DNA of 64,000 bases from an uncultured bacterium (GCA_963848635.1 CAWKEA010000005.1:352585-416584); one strand, 5' to 3'. Numbered from the stretch's first letter, positions 39,328 to 49,522 are shown. The notes: generated from the sequence alone by a model not told the origin. A program made the numbers and translations.

Positions 39328-41221
39328 CCTGCAGGACATTGGCTAGGATTAGTGTACGTAGTTGTTGGGTAAGGATAATTAGTAGGACTCATAACAGTAA
39401 AGTAATTGTCGCTGTAGTCGTAGGCTTGAAGCACTGGTTCCGGAACACAACCAACATAACCAGCAGGACAAGTCGTACCGGCAGGAAGCGAAGTTTGCAA
39501 GGTAGCATATATCTTGTCTTGTCCAAGATAATTCGTAGGCAGAACTACTTGGAACGACTTCAACCCTGTGGTGCCGTTTATCGAACCGCCCCCAAGCGAA
39601 TATCCATTGCTTAGATCGCCGTTACCATTTGAATTTTCCAAGTAAAGAGCAACGCCGCTAGTGGTGACTTTCGTCGGGTCTCCGGTGACATTAACTGTAA
39701 CTGTTTGGGTTGTTCCTGCTTGCCACACCTCTCCTCCATTCGGCGAGACGATGTTTATGTCAGGCAAGTTTGAAGTCTGGCTTGAAGTTATCGTGAACGT
39801 ATTGTCGCTCGAATCGCAATTGCTCGTGCCTGATTAGGCAGATTTGAACAGTGTACTGGCCGTCTGGAATCGATTGAGATGTGCCAGAATAATTCGTCGC
39901 TGTGCCCACATTCCAATTATATGAATTCTGATTGATCGGAATATTCGTGGCGATGGTATAAGGGGCATACGCGATCGCCGGACAAACCTGCGTCGTGCAG
40001 ACATACTTTTGAGTGATCTTCAGATCTGCATACGCTGCCGCGAAATAATACGGCGACGTCCATGTTATCTGTTGGTTCATGCCGCGAGCCCATACTTCTC
40101 CGCCATTCGGTGAGATGATACGGAGCGAGCCTGCAGTATTGCTGCTGCCAACAACGACCGTCGAGCTTGTCTGCGCCTGCAAACCAGAACTATTTCTCAC
40201 GGTAAAAGTGACTGTATAGGTACCAGCGCTCGAGTATGAATGGGTAAAGGTCGTGCTCTGATTGAACTGAGGCGAAGCAATGCCTGACACATATGCTGCA
40301 GTCGGATTAACCACATCTCCCCAATCCACAGAATAATTTAGGGTTCCATTCAAAGGATCAGTAGCATGCACCGTCCATGTCCCCGTTTGATTTACAGTGA
40401 GCGACGTCGGCGCATCTATGCCGCTTATGACGGGAGTTTGGCTGTTCGAAACGCTCGATGAAGAGATGGTAAAGTTGTTGTCGCTCTCGGCACACTGCGT
40501 GCTGTTGTTTACATTTGTCGGACATATTTGGATTTTGTATTGACCAGTAGTCGCTGTACCGCTGCAATATGAAGTTCCGTTAGAATTCGTGTACATGGTA
40601 GCAAGCGCTGGGCATCCGAAAGATTGAATATTTCCGACATTCCATACATACGAACCTGAATTCAGGCTTACTCCGCTCGCAATAGTTTGTGGTGCGAGGA
40701 CCGCTATCATGCAGCGCGGATTTGCTCCCGGCAACGCACACGCAGGCAGCGCATGCTCGAGCTTGATGTCTCCTGTTTGGTTGAGAATGTTTGAAAGATC
40801 CTGTCCAAGTAATATTTTGCGTCGTCCCCAAAGCCCACGCCTCGCCCCCATTCGGCGAAATCACGCGAAATGAAGTTCCAGAATTACCACCCTGGTTGCC
40901 TCCGTTACCATAATGACTGCTCCAATAGGCGCGAGTGATCGGTCCAAAAAACCCGTACGCCGGGAGACCCGCTGCGGTCTGATATGCTTCTACGGCAGCC
41001 ATCGTCTGAAAACCATAATATCCCTTTGTATTTGCACCGGAACTTATGGACGGTATGTTGTAGCCATTGGCGATGAGCCAAGTCTGTAAATTAGCAACAT
41101 CCTGACCTGTGTTGCCAAGGCGGAGATCGTTGTTGAAGGTGTAGGTTTGGGCCTCTGTTGTAGTGCCAACAACGCAAACGATTGCAAAAAAGAAACAAGC
41201 GAATATAAGCGATTTTTTCAT
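39231..41221 (-). CDS. secreted peptidoglycan-binding protein with SPNGGE.W repeats and PKD-like domain (two indels)
   Basis: Signal peptide, LRLGNTGQDVANLQ...GFFGPITRA, three SPNGGE repeats, VDWGD...HSYSSAGTYTV. Confidence 0.8.
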
Positions 41222-41306
41222 GTTTGTATATTGGGTTATGCTTGATGACGAATGATTCAAGCAATTATTTCAGCCAAGCAAAGCTTAGCACTACCGAACA
41301 ATAAAG

Positions 41307-41329
41307 AAAAGCCCTAGTATAGGGCTTTT
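41307..41329 (-). terminator. fusA terminator
   Basis: AAAAGCCCTA-gta-TAGGGCTTTT. Confidence 0.7.
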
Positions 41330-41352
41330 CAAAATGATATACCATTAGGTTC

Positions 41353-43521
41353 CTACTTCCCCCTTTCCGCGACGATCTCTTTTTCTATATTCGGCGGAAC
41401 GACGTCGTAGTGATCGAATTCCATAGTGGCAGAGCCTTGACCGGATGTCATTGAGCGGAGCGCTGTCGTATAGCCGAACATCTCTGACAGAGGGACTTTT
41501 GCGTGGAGGACCTTTGCCTGGCCGCGCTCAGTCATTTCTTCGATGGTACCGCGTTTTGACGAGATCGATCCTGTTATATCGCCCATGTATTTGTCCGGGA
41601 AGAGGACCTCGATCTTCATGATAGGTTCGAGGATGACAGGTCGAGCGCGCTTCGCGGCTTCTTGGAAAGCTTGCGATGCGGCGATCTTGTAAGCGATTTC
41701 AGATGAGTCGACATCGTGATATGAACCGTAGGTCAGCTCACATGAGATATTGACCATTGGGAAACCTGCGACAATGCCGCGAGCCATGGCTTCGTGCACG
41801 CCTTTTTCGACGGCTGGAATGAATTCCTGCGGAATGACGCCGCCTTTGATCGAGTTGACGAATTCAAAGTCGTCATAACGAGAGATATTCTTCGGAATCT
41901 TTGCGTCTTTTTCAAGAGGCTCCATCGGCTTGATGTTCAGTTTGACGTGACCGTACTGGCCCTTGCCTCCTGTCTGCTTGATATATTTGTGCTCCGCCTC
42001 TGCTGTGCCCATGATAGTCTCGCGATATGCCACCTGTGGCTCGCCTGTATTGGCTTCGACGCCGAATTCGCGCTTCATGCGGTCGACCATGATCTCGAGC
42101 TGGAGCTCACCGACGCCAGCGATGATAGTCTCGCCTGTTTCCTGATTGGATAGGACATGGAATGTTGGATCCTCAATCGTAAGTTTACGCAGAGCCAGGC
42201 CCATTTTCTCCTGGTCTGCCTTTGTCTTCGGCTCGATGCGGAGCGACACGACAGGTTCCATGAATTTGATGGCTTCGAGTGTGATCGGATTGTTCTCGTC
42301 GCAGAACGTGTCTGACGTGCGGGCGTCTTTCAAGCCGACTGCGGCGGCGATCTCGCCTGCAAAGACTTTCTTGACCTCTTCACGCTTGTCAGCCTGGAGA
42401 CGGACGATGCGGCCGAGACGCTCTTTCTTGCCCGTTCTGGAATTATAGATGTATGTTCCTGCCTCTATCGTTCCTGAATAGACTCGAAAGAACGTAAGCG
42501 CTCCGACGAACGGGTCGTTTTGCAATTTAAAGGCAAGCGCGCAGAAAGGATCGGAATCAGAAGGATGGCGTTCGATTTCTTCTCCCGTGTCAGTATTCTT
42601 GCCTTTTGTGGCGGGCATATCCAATGGCGATGGCAAATAGTCGACGACAGCATCCAAAATGAGCTGAACGCCGCAGTTTTTGAGTGCTGAACCGGTGAAG
42701 ACCGGGAAGATCTTGTTGTCGATGACTGCTTTTCTCGCTGTAGCCTTGAATTCTTCGATGCTGACTTCCTTGCCCTCGAGGAATTTCTGCATGACTGCAT
42801 CGTCATATTCGACGACTTTTTCGAACATCTCCGTGCGATATTTCTTTGCGTCAGCGAGCATATTCTCCGGGATCTCCTTTTCGACGATCTTGCTTCCCAT
42901 TTCCCCTTCAAAATAATATGCTTTCATCTGGAGAAGATCGACAACGCCCTTATGCTCGCCTTCGAGACCGATAGGCAACTGGAAACGCACTGCGTTCTTG
43001 TTGAGGCGTTCAAGGATGGATTTATATGAATTCTCAAAAGAAGCGCCCATGCGGTCGAGCTTGTTGATGAAGCAGAGGCGTGGCACTTTTGCCTCGTCGG
43101 CATAGCGCCAGTTGGTCTCGGATTGAGGTTCGACGCCTGCGACTCCGTCAAAGACGACGACAGCGCCGTCCAAAACGCGCAACGACCTCTTGACCTCGAC
43201 GGTAAAGTCGATGTGTCCTGGGGTGTCGATGATATTGAAACGGACTTTCTTTGAAAAATCGGGCTGCCCTTCCTTCGTCAGGGTCTTCGACATGTACGTC
43301 GGATTCCAGAAACAAGTGATAGCTGCGGCGGTGATCGTGATGCCGCGCTCGCGCTCCTGTTCCATCCAGTCCGTCGTCGTATTCCCGTCATGGACCTCGC
43401 CGATCTTGTGGGTCATGCCGGTGTAATACAAAATGCGCTCCGATGTGGTCGTCTTGCCAGCGTCGATGTGAGCGATGATGCCGAAATTTCGTACTTTGTC
43501 GAGTGAATAGTCGCGGTTCAT
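41353..43521 (-). CDS. fusA: elongation factor G
   Basis: [33 protein letters not shown]. Confidence 0.98.
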   Translation of the reverse strand: MNRDYSLDKVRNFGIIAHIDAGKTTTSERILYYTGMTHKIGEVHDGNTTTDWMEQERERGITITAAAITCFWNPTYMSKTLTKEGQPDFSKKVRFNIIDTPGHIDFTVEVKRSLRVLDGAVVVFDGVAGVEPQSETNWRYADEAKVPRLCFINKLDRMGASFENSYKSILERLNKNAVRFQLPIGLEGEHKGVVDLLQMKAYYFEGEMGSKIVEKEIPENMLADAKKYRTEMFEKVVEYDDAVMQKFLEGKEVSIEEFKATARKAVIDNKIFPVFTGSALKNCGVQLILDAVVDYLPSPLDMPATKGKNTDTGEEIERHPSDSDPFCALAFKLQNDPFVGALTFFRVYSGTIEAGTYIYNSRTGKKERLGRIVRLQADKREEVKKVFAGEIAAAVGLKDARTSDTFCDENNPITLEAIKFMEPVVSLRIEPKTKADQEKMGLALRKLTIEDPTFHVLSNQETGETIIAGVGELQLEIMVDRMKREFGVEANTGEPQVAYRETIMGTAEAEHKYIKQTGGKGQYGHVKLNIKPMEPLEKDAKIPKNISRYDDFEFVNSIKGGVIPQEFIPAVEKGVHEAMARGIVAGFPMVNISCELTYGSYHDVDSSEIAYKIAASQAFQEAAKRARPVILEPIMKIEVLFPDKYMGDITGSISSKRGTIEEMTERGQAKVLHAKVPLSEMFGYTTALRSMTSGQGSATMEFDHYDVVPPNIEKEIVAERGK

Positions 43522-43708
43522 GATAAGTTAATGATTAATCAAGCTTTTCAGGGCTATTTTTCTTAATAAATTAAAGAATACTTTCTTTCGTCTTCGCTCG
43601 GACGATATATCCGCTAGCGGCTACATCGATCCTCGCTAGCCGAAATAAAAAAGCGTCGAGGCTTTTAGGTAAGGCGATTGTACAGGAAATGAGCGGAAAA
43701 TGCAAAAA

Positions 43709-43910
43709 TCACCTCGGCAATCGCTTTGATTCTTTTTTCTTGCCCTTGTATTTAGCTAAAATCCTTTCTGAGACAAGATTAAAAGATTTCTATCAGTTCT
43801 TCATGCAAATGATCGAACTTATCAATATTCGATTCATCGGACCATTTATTGCCTTTGGCAAATTCTTTGACCAAAATCTGTGCTTGCGATATTTTAATTA
43901 CTTTTTTCAT
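43709..43910 (-). pseudogene. MazG-like nucleotide pyrophosphohydrolase remnant
   Basis: MKKVIKISQAQILVKEFAKGNKW...DKFDHLHEELIEIF* (43 aa) overlapping the NDT stop; apparent C-terminal stub follows. Confidence 0.45.
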
Positions 43911-44337
43911 AAAAATGGTTTAGAAAATCAGTGAAACTTTTTACTAGATCATCTGGCTTACTGAAAAGTGCGACTGTATAATTGTCTTTTGAGACACCTC
44001 TCAACAATTTTGATACGTTGCTAAGGTCCATAACACCGACCATGGTCGGTGTTTTACGAAGCTCTGTCATATAACCGATCTCATAACCTAGACCTGTTCC
44101 TGGATAATCGCCTAACGCTAGCAAGCAATCCGCAGACTTTAAACATTCAATGTCGTAACCATAGACCTCTTTCGGTTCTGGATTCTCCTTGATTGCAGAA
44201 AGAAAATCTATTACATTATACCCTTTTCTTTTGAGTTCCTCTTTCACATTATCCAGTAACGAAGCAAAGGCTTGTTTTTGCTCGCTTGGAACATGTGTGA
44301 GCGCGCAAGCGACATATACTTTAATAGAGGCTTTCAT
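43894..44337 (-). CDS. nucleoside 2-deoxyribosyltransferase / nucleotide N-hydrolase family
   Basis: KVYVAC, DIECLKSAD, GTGLGYEIGY. Confidence 0.8.
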   Translation of the reverse strand: MKASIKVYVACALTHVPSEQKQAFASLLDNVKEELKRKGYNVIDFLSAIKENPEPKEVYGYDIECLKSADCLLALGDYPGTGLGYEIGYMTELRKTPTMVGVMDLSNVSKLLRGVSKDNYTVALFSKPDDLVKSFTDFLNHFYEKSN

Positions 44338-44397
44338 GACGTCATGGTATCACTTCTTTAATTCAGCGCAATTATTTTGAAATCCGACCTCTGTAGA

Positions 44398-44943
44398 TCA
44401 CTTTTCGACATTAAACCCCATCTTCCCTTCTTCTTTGACTGGCTCAGCCGTCAATTTCTTGAGCGCGCCGTAGATGTTGACCAGATGTTGGCTGTGCTTT
44501 CTCTGCTCACGCTCGAGCTCGGCAATTTTTTGAGCAAGATCTTTGTTTGTGGCAAGCAATTCACGTATTCTGATAAATGCACGGATGATTGATATATTCA
44601 TTTCCACTGCATGCCTGTTTTTCAGAACCGATGATAGCATTGCTACGCCATGCTCAGTAAAAGCATAAGGTTTAAAACGAGGATCTCTGTGTTTTTGGGA
44701 ACCGGTCACAAATTGTGACCGGTTGATTTGCTCAAATTCATCACCCGAAAGCTGAAACATGAAATCTGTAGGGAAACGATCCATATTCCTTTTAACTGCC
44801 TGATTCAAGACTTTCGTCGATACGCCGTAGAGTTCTGCCAAGTCTTTGTCGAGTATTACTTTTACCCCTCGAACGATAAAAATCCGTTGGACTATCCGCT
44901 CAACAGGAATTTCAATTTTTACAAGAGATTTTTCTTCTTTCAT
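44398..44943 (-). CDS. ORF6N domain DNA-binding protein
   Basis: DLAELYGV.TK.LNQAVKRN..RFP.DFMFQL, PYAFTEHGVAMLSSVL. Confidence 0.92.
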   Translation of the reverse strand: MKEEKSLVKIEIPVERIVQRIFIVRGVKVILDKDLAELYGVSTKVLNQAVKRNMDRFPTDFMFQLSGDEFEQINRSQFVTGSQKHRDPRFKPYAFTEHGVAMLSSVLKNRHAVEMNISIIRAFIRIRELLATNKDLAQKIAELEREQRKHSQHLVNIYGALKKLTAEPVKEEGKMGFNVEK

Positions 44944-44970
44944 TCCTTAATTATATCAAGCAATAATAGT

Positions 44971-45068
44971 TTTAGATTGCAATTTTCAACCTCAAAAGTG
45001 CACATTATGTGGAAAATCTTGATGTTTCAATTTGCGATATCAGAACCTATCACAATCTGCGATAGGTT
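44971..45068. repeat. three imperfect 25-bp palindromes resembling the perfect palindrome inside ORF6N (44700-44724)
   Basis: TTTAGATTGCAA-T-TTTCAACCTCAA; TTGATGTTTCAA-T-TTGCGATATCAG; AACCTATCACAA-T-CTGCGATAGGTT. Confidence 0.65.
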
Positions 45069-45074
45069 CAAATT

Positions 45075-45620
45075 TCAATTCCCCATCCAAATCGCCCAGT
45101 TCAGGTATCCGGCAAAAGTGACCCAGATGATATAGGGCAAGAGAAGCCACGCGGCGGCTTTCGAGACGCGATAGAAATTTATGATGAGGTAGAGAATGGA
45201 GAACCATAGGGCAAGCAGTTCAAAGAAAGCAAGCCCGGGCTGGTGCAGGCCAAAAAATATGTACGACCACAAAACATTCAAGACAAGCTGGACCGCAAAT
45301 ATCGCGATGATGTTCTGCCTCTGCCAATCGCCGCTCCAAAATCGGCGCGTCCAAGGATTCCAGCCGCGATCGCGATCGGTGAGCATTTGGTTCTGCACTT
45401 TCCAATCCTTTTTCCAAACAACATAAAGCGCGATGCCCATAAGGATAAAAAGCATCGTCCACACCGGACCAAAGACCCATGCTGGCGGATTTAAAGACGG
45501 CTTTGCGAGAGTCGCGTACCAAGAGCCGATCGAAGGCAAAGTGACGAGCGAACCGACCCAGCCAGCGAAGAGAGGGACGAAAAGCGAAACGATGAGCTTT
45601 AACCAATCAGATTTCTTCAT
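45075..45620 (-). CDS. tspO: TspO/MBR family protein
   Basis: WYATLAKPSLNPPAWVFGPVWT, QLVLNVLWS, LLLPYIIWVTFAGYLN. Confidence 0.92.
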   Translation of the reverse strand: MKKSDWLKLIVSLFVPLFAGWVGSLVTLPSIGSWYATLAKPSLNPPAWVFGPVWTMLFILMGIALYVVWKKDWKVQNQMLTDRDRGWNPWTRRFWSGDWQRQNIIAIFAVQLVLNVLWSYIFFGLHQPGLAFFELLALWFSILYLIINFYRVSKAAAWLLLPYIIWVTFAGYLNWAIWMGN

Positions 45621-45751
45621 GGAAAAAGTATAGCACATACTACTAGCCTTTCTTGAGGCAGGCGGAGATACAAAAGCAGATCTTATACAAGAAAAACCCT
45701 TTCGGGACCTTTTCTTTTCTGAAATTTTGGCGATATGAGGCTTACCAGGAC

Positions 45752-45844
45752 TTACCAGGCAAAATGGGCGCACCCATGCGGGCATGCTCCATTTTGCAGC
45801 TGGAATTGCTTCGCTATCGCTCGCAATTACCAGGCAAAATGGGC
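45752..45844. repeat. 18-bp exact direct repeat of the rpsG 3' end
   Basis: TTACCAGGCAAAATGGGC at 45752-45769 and 45827-45844; partial copy at 45742-45749. Confidence 0.85.
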
Positions 45845-46297
45845 AAATGCCTTGTTGGCTTCGGCCATCTTGTGCATGGTCTCGCGCTTCTTGACGGCTT
45901 CGCCTTCGTTCTTTGACGCGGCAATGATCTCGTCTGCGAGCTTTTCGTGCATCGGCTTGCCTTTCTTGTTGCGAGCGGCTTCGACGATCCATTTCATCGA
46001 GAGAGCGCTCGAGCGCGCCGGGCGCACTTCGCGCGGAACCTGGTAGTTCGCACCGCCGACGCGGCGTGAGCGGACTTCCATGGCAGGAGTCGTGTTCTTG
46101 AGGGCCGCCTCGAAGAGCTCGACTGGATTCTCTACTTTTGCCTTTTCTTTCAAAAGGTCGAACGTGCTATAGACGATCTCGCGGGCCGTGCTCTTCTTGC
46201 CTGAATCCATGCAGTAATTGATGAACTTGCTTATTTTGACTGATTCATAGCGCGAGTCAGGGCGGATGATCGGTTTATTCTTTATTTTGCGTCTCAT
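45827..46297 (-). CDS. rpsG: 30S ribosomal protein S7
   Basis: [34 protein letters not shown]. Confidence 0.98.
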   Translation of the reverse strand: MRRKIKNKPIIRPDSRYESVKISKFINYCMDSGKKSTAREIVYSTFDLLKEKAKVENPVELFEAALKNTTPAMEVRSRRVGGANYQVPREVRPARSSALSMKWIVEAARNKKGKPMHEKLADEIIAASKNEGEAVKKRETMHKMAEANKAFAHFAW

Positions 46298-46306
46298 GAT
46301 TTTGTT

Positions 46307-46390
46307 TAGAATTAGATACTAGAAGTAGAAAATAGAAGGAATTCAAGCAGTTTTGGAAAATTCTGATTCTATTTTCTATTTCTACTTTCT
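46307..46390. repeat. palindromic repeat element (TAGAAG type) between rpsL and rpsG
   Basis: tagaag-tagaaaa-tagaag ... ttcta-ttttcta-tttcta. Confidence 0.8.
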
Positions 46391-46393
46391 TTA

Positions 46394-46810
46394 TTATTTA
46401 GCCGCTTTCGGCTTCTTGTTGCCGTACTGACTGCGACCTTTTCTGCGGGCTTCGACGCCTGCGCAGTCGAGAACTCCGCGAACGACTGAATAGCGCAGAC
46501 CGACGTCCTTGACGCGGCCTCCGCGAAGGAGGACGACTGAGTGTTCCTGGAGGTTGTGGCCCATGCCGGGAACGTAGGCTGTGACTTCCATGCCGTTCGA
46601 AAGGCGCACGCGGGCGATCTTGCGGATGGCGGAGTTAGGCTTTTTCGGAGTCTTTGTCGTGACTTTGATGCAAACACCGCGTTTGAAAGGCGCTGGGAAG
46701 AAGCTCGGACGGTTCTCGATCGAGTTGAATGTGCGGGTGAGGGCGACAGACTTCGACTTTCTCTTGAAGCTGACGCGGCTCTTCTTTGTGAGCTGGTTTA
46801 TTGTTGGCAT
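46394..46810 (-). CDS. rpsL: 30S ribosomal protein S12
   Basis: [32 protein letters not shown]. Confidence 0.98.
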   Translation of the reverse strand: MPTINQLTKKSRVSFKRKSKSVALTRTFNSIENRPSFFPAPFKRGVCIKVTTKTPKKPNSAIRKIARVRLSNGMEVTAYVPGMGHNLQEHSVVLLRGGRVKDVGLRYSVVRGVLDCAGVEARRKGRSQYGNKKPKAAK

Positions 46811-46825
46811 TGATTAAAGGATTAA

Positions 46826-46901
46826 GAGAATAGAAGTAGAAAATAGAAGGGGTGCAAGAATGCTCGCATCCTCCTTATTCCATTTTCTATTTCTACTTTC
46901 T
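46826..46901. repeat. palindromic repeat element (TAGAAG type) in the rpsL leader
   Basis: Same arms and inner tgcaagaatgctcgca as 36274-36365. Confidence 0.8.
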
Positions 46902-47045
46902 GTTGGTTCCGCCTGACTTTTTCACTCGATCTCCCCTTGAGATGTGAGGAGATGAATTACTCATGCGAAACCGTTATTAATTACGTGCTTCTTTCTAAAG
47001 AAGCAGTGGGGGCAGTCTACTTTATTTTAGGGGAAATGGCAAATT

Positions 47046-48152
47046 TTACCTCAGTTCCTGGACAAGCGCCGCGATGCTCTTTGAATACATATCGAAATAA
47101 TCTTGTTCCGTCCTTTTATCTTTCTCCAGCGTATTGACGACGTCCATATGATACCTGCTCATCATAAGAGATGAACGGATCACTCCCAGCCTCATGCCGG
47201 CTTTTATCATTTCAACCGAATCCGGATACATGTTTGAGCCGACTTCCAACATCGCTTTGTCCAAGATATTTTGGAAAGAGGTCGAAGACCACGCGCGAGC
47301 GCGCAGATTTCCGTAATCATACATAATCGCTACGACTGGATCGTCGACTCTGCCGACCCATTCAAAATCCAAAAGCTCAAAATCTCCGTTCTGATGCTTG
47401 TAGACATTGTCTATCTGCATATCGGCGTGGACAAGATAAAAGCCTTTATTGGTCCTTGAATTTATCACTTGAATAAAATCATCTTCAAGAATCTGCATGA
47501 GCCTGGCGCGTACATTCGGCATTCCAGCATAAAGAACGAGCAATTCTTCCACACTTTTTGTGGTTTCATTTCCGTCTTTCGATCTATGTATGATCTCTGT
47601 GCCGAGCAATTTGGAAAATTCTTTTTTGTAGAATCTGATGCTCGAATGGATCAACCTGGTCAGCTTCAGCGTGCTTTGCCGTATGCCGAATCCTGCCTGA
47701 TGGAATGAACAGATGACCTTTACGAGCTTTTGTATCTGCTCTTCAGTGCAGCTCCCATAAAAAGCCGGGTCATCATGCATGAATCCGAATCCGTTCCCGT
47801 CTTCGCGAGTCTCAAAGACAGCATAAGGGACCGGCGGCTTGAAAGAATGTTTTATCACCTCCAGAGTCGGCGAATGAAAATCTTTATCGTCATGGAGTGC
47901 GGACGCGATCTTCACTTGCCTTTCAAATAATTTGAAAGTCCTTTGGGTGCCGTCGAGCATGATTTTGATAAAGCGCTTCTGCCTTCCACCCGCCTCAACC
48001 CGTTCAAGGACCATATTCCCATACCTAACCCCTTTTTGATTGCCCTTTAACAGACTTTGTACATCTGCATCTTCAAAAATGAATCCTTCCGCCTTCAGGA
48101 TCAAAGAAATCCTGTCATAGTTTGCTTTTCGAATAAAAAATCTTTTGAACAT
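47046..48152 (-). CDS. APH/choline-kinase-like phosphotransferase
   Basis: FIKI, LVHADMQIDNV, LLDFEW. Confidence 0.75.
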   Translation of the reverse strand: MFKRFFIRKANYDRISLILKAEGFIFEDADVQSLLKGNQKGVRYGNMVLERVEAGGRQKRFIKIMLDGTQRTFKLFERQVKIASALHDDKDFHSPTLEVIKHSFKPPVPYAVFETREDGNGFGFMHDDPAFYGSCTEEQIQKLVKVICSFHQAGFGIRQSTLKLTRLIHSSIRFYKKEFSKLLGTEIIHRSKDGNETTKSVEELLVLYAGMPNVRARLMQILEDDFIQVINSRTNKGFYLVHADMQIDNVYKHQNGDFELLDFEWVGRVDDPVVAIMYDYGNLRARAWSSTSFQNILDKAMLEVGSNMYPDSVEMIKAGMRLGVIRSSLMMSRYHMDVVNTLEKDKRTEQDYFDMYSKSIAALVQELR

Positions 48153-48160
48153 ACAATTGA

Positions 48161-48760
48161 TTAAACCCCCGTCAGTGCATGAGTGATGATACCGATAAGC
48201 GGACTGACCAACGGCCAAATGACGAGGAGTGCAATGAGAAGAAAGAAGATCGAGTAGCGTTCAATGGCCATGCGGACGCTGACGAGGCGTGGCGGCAAGA
48301 GAGAAAAAAGGATGTGCGACCCGTCCAAAGGCGGCAGAGGCACGAGATTAAAAAGAGCAAGGACGACGTTGATCGTGACGACATAATAGGATATTTCGAT
48401 GAACGGCAAGGAAAATGGAGTAAAACGGACAAAAAGGCTAAAGACGAGGGCGATGAGAAGGTTACAAGCAGGACCCGCGGCGGCGATGAGAAGCTCGCCG
48501 GAACGCGGATTCTTCAGATTATATGGATTCCACTGGACCGGCTTTGCCCAGCCAAATGTAAAGCCGAACAGCGATGTGACGATCGGCACGACAACGGAGC
48601 CGATGGGATCAATGTGCTTCAATGGATTCAGCGTCAGTCTGCCCTGGATTCGCGGCGTCGGGTCGCCGAGGGCCACAGCGGCATAGCCATGCGACAGCTC
48701 GTGGAGCACCACGGACATGATGAGGATGATTATGGAAAAGATGAGGGAAATGGGGTCCAT
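48161..48760 (-). CDS. site-2 protease (M50) family
   Basis: HELSH, GDPTP, AAAGP, FNLVPLPPLDG. Confidence 0.92.
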   Translation of the reverse strand: MDPISLIFSIIILIMSVVLHELSHGYAAVALGDPTPRIQGRLTLNPLKHIDPIGSVVVPIVTSLFGFTFGWAKPVQWNPYNLKNPRSGELLIAAAGPACNLLIALVFSLFVRFTPFSLPFIEISYYVVTINVVLALFNLVPLPPLDGSHILFSLLPPRLVSVRMAIERYSIFFLLIALLVIWPLVSPLIGIITHALTGV

Positions 48761-48807
48761 ATTTGCAAAAATACAATAGCATGATATCATCAATCCCACT
48801 AACAAAC

Positions 48808-49050
48808 ATGGCCAAAGTATGCGCGATAACAAAGAGGGGCTCGATGATGGGTGGCGGATATTCGAACCGCACCCGCGCCACACAGTTCAATCCGACCGGA
48901 TCTGTGCGCCGCTACCCCAACCTGCAAAAAAAGCGCATCTACATCCCTGAGCTCAAAAAGACCATGATCCTCACCATCTCGACCCGCGCTCTCAAAACTA
49001 TCCAAAAGAACGGCGCTTACAAGACTTTGAAGAAAGCGGGGTTGATATAA
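48808..49050 (+). CDS. rpmB: 50S ribosomal protein L28
   Basis: MAKVCAIT, RRYPNLQKKR, STRALKT. Confidence 0.9.
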   Translation: MAKVCAITKRGSMMGGGYSNRTRATQFNPTGSVRRYPNLQKKRIYIPELKKTMILTISTRALKTIQKNGAYKTLKKAGLI

Positions 49051-49162
49051 TCAAGGTTAATTCTTTGATCTAAAAAAGAAGCTCTAAGGCTTCTTTTTGT
49101 TTTTACTTGCAAATAATAAACATGGCGCTACACTTGATTCAGCACTGAACAAAAGGAAAATT

Positions 49163-49522
49163 ATGCCGAAAGCAAAAGAAATATTTGATCCCAAGCCGGG
49201 ACAGCACAAATTGCGCGATATATGGACAGGATCTCTGACAAAAAACCTCGAATTCTTTCGAAAAACATATTCTGTCACGACAGCAGAAGAACTTGTTTCG
49301 TGTATCACCGCAGGCTTTGCCGGACCAAAGACGATTAGTGAAAAAGAGTGGAATAAACTTGTCGCTTTGGCCGAAAGAGCGCTCCCTCCAAAAACATTGG
49401 GGGCATGCAAAAAACTTCCGAAGCGGAGATTCCCTGCTTGTGGAGCGATGGTAGATCCAAACAGTTTCGCTGTTCGCGAAGCATCTTTCAAGAAATTTCA
49501 AAAAGGCACTCGAAAACTTTAG
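49163..49522 (+). CDS. hypothetical protein
   Basis: AAAGGA RBS before ATG, downstream terminator-like hairpin; no motif recognised. Confidence 0.5.
   Translation: MPKAKEIFDPKPGQHKLRDIWTGSLTKNLEFFRKTYSVTTAEELVSCITAGFAGPKTISEKEWNKLVALAERALPPKTLGACKKLPKRRFPACGAMVDPNSFAVREASFKKFQKGTRKL

Noticed and set aside
45621-45992. 305-aa extended TspO ORF, and the AI-2E ORF starting at 56821
   Set aside because: The extensions overlap rpsG and tRNA-Lys respectively; family similarity begins at 45620 and 56854
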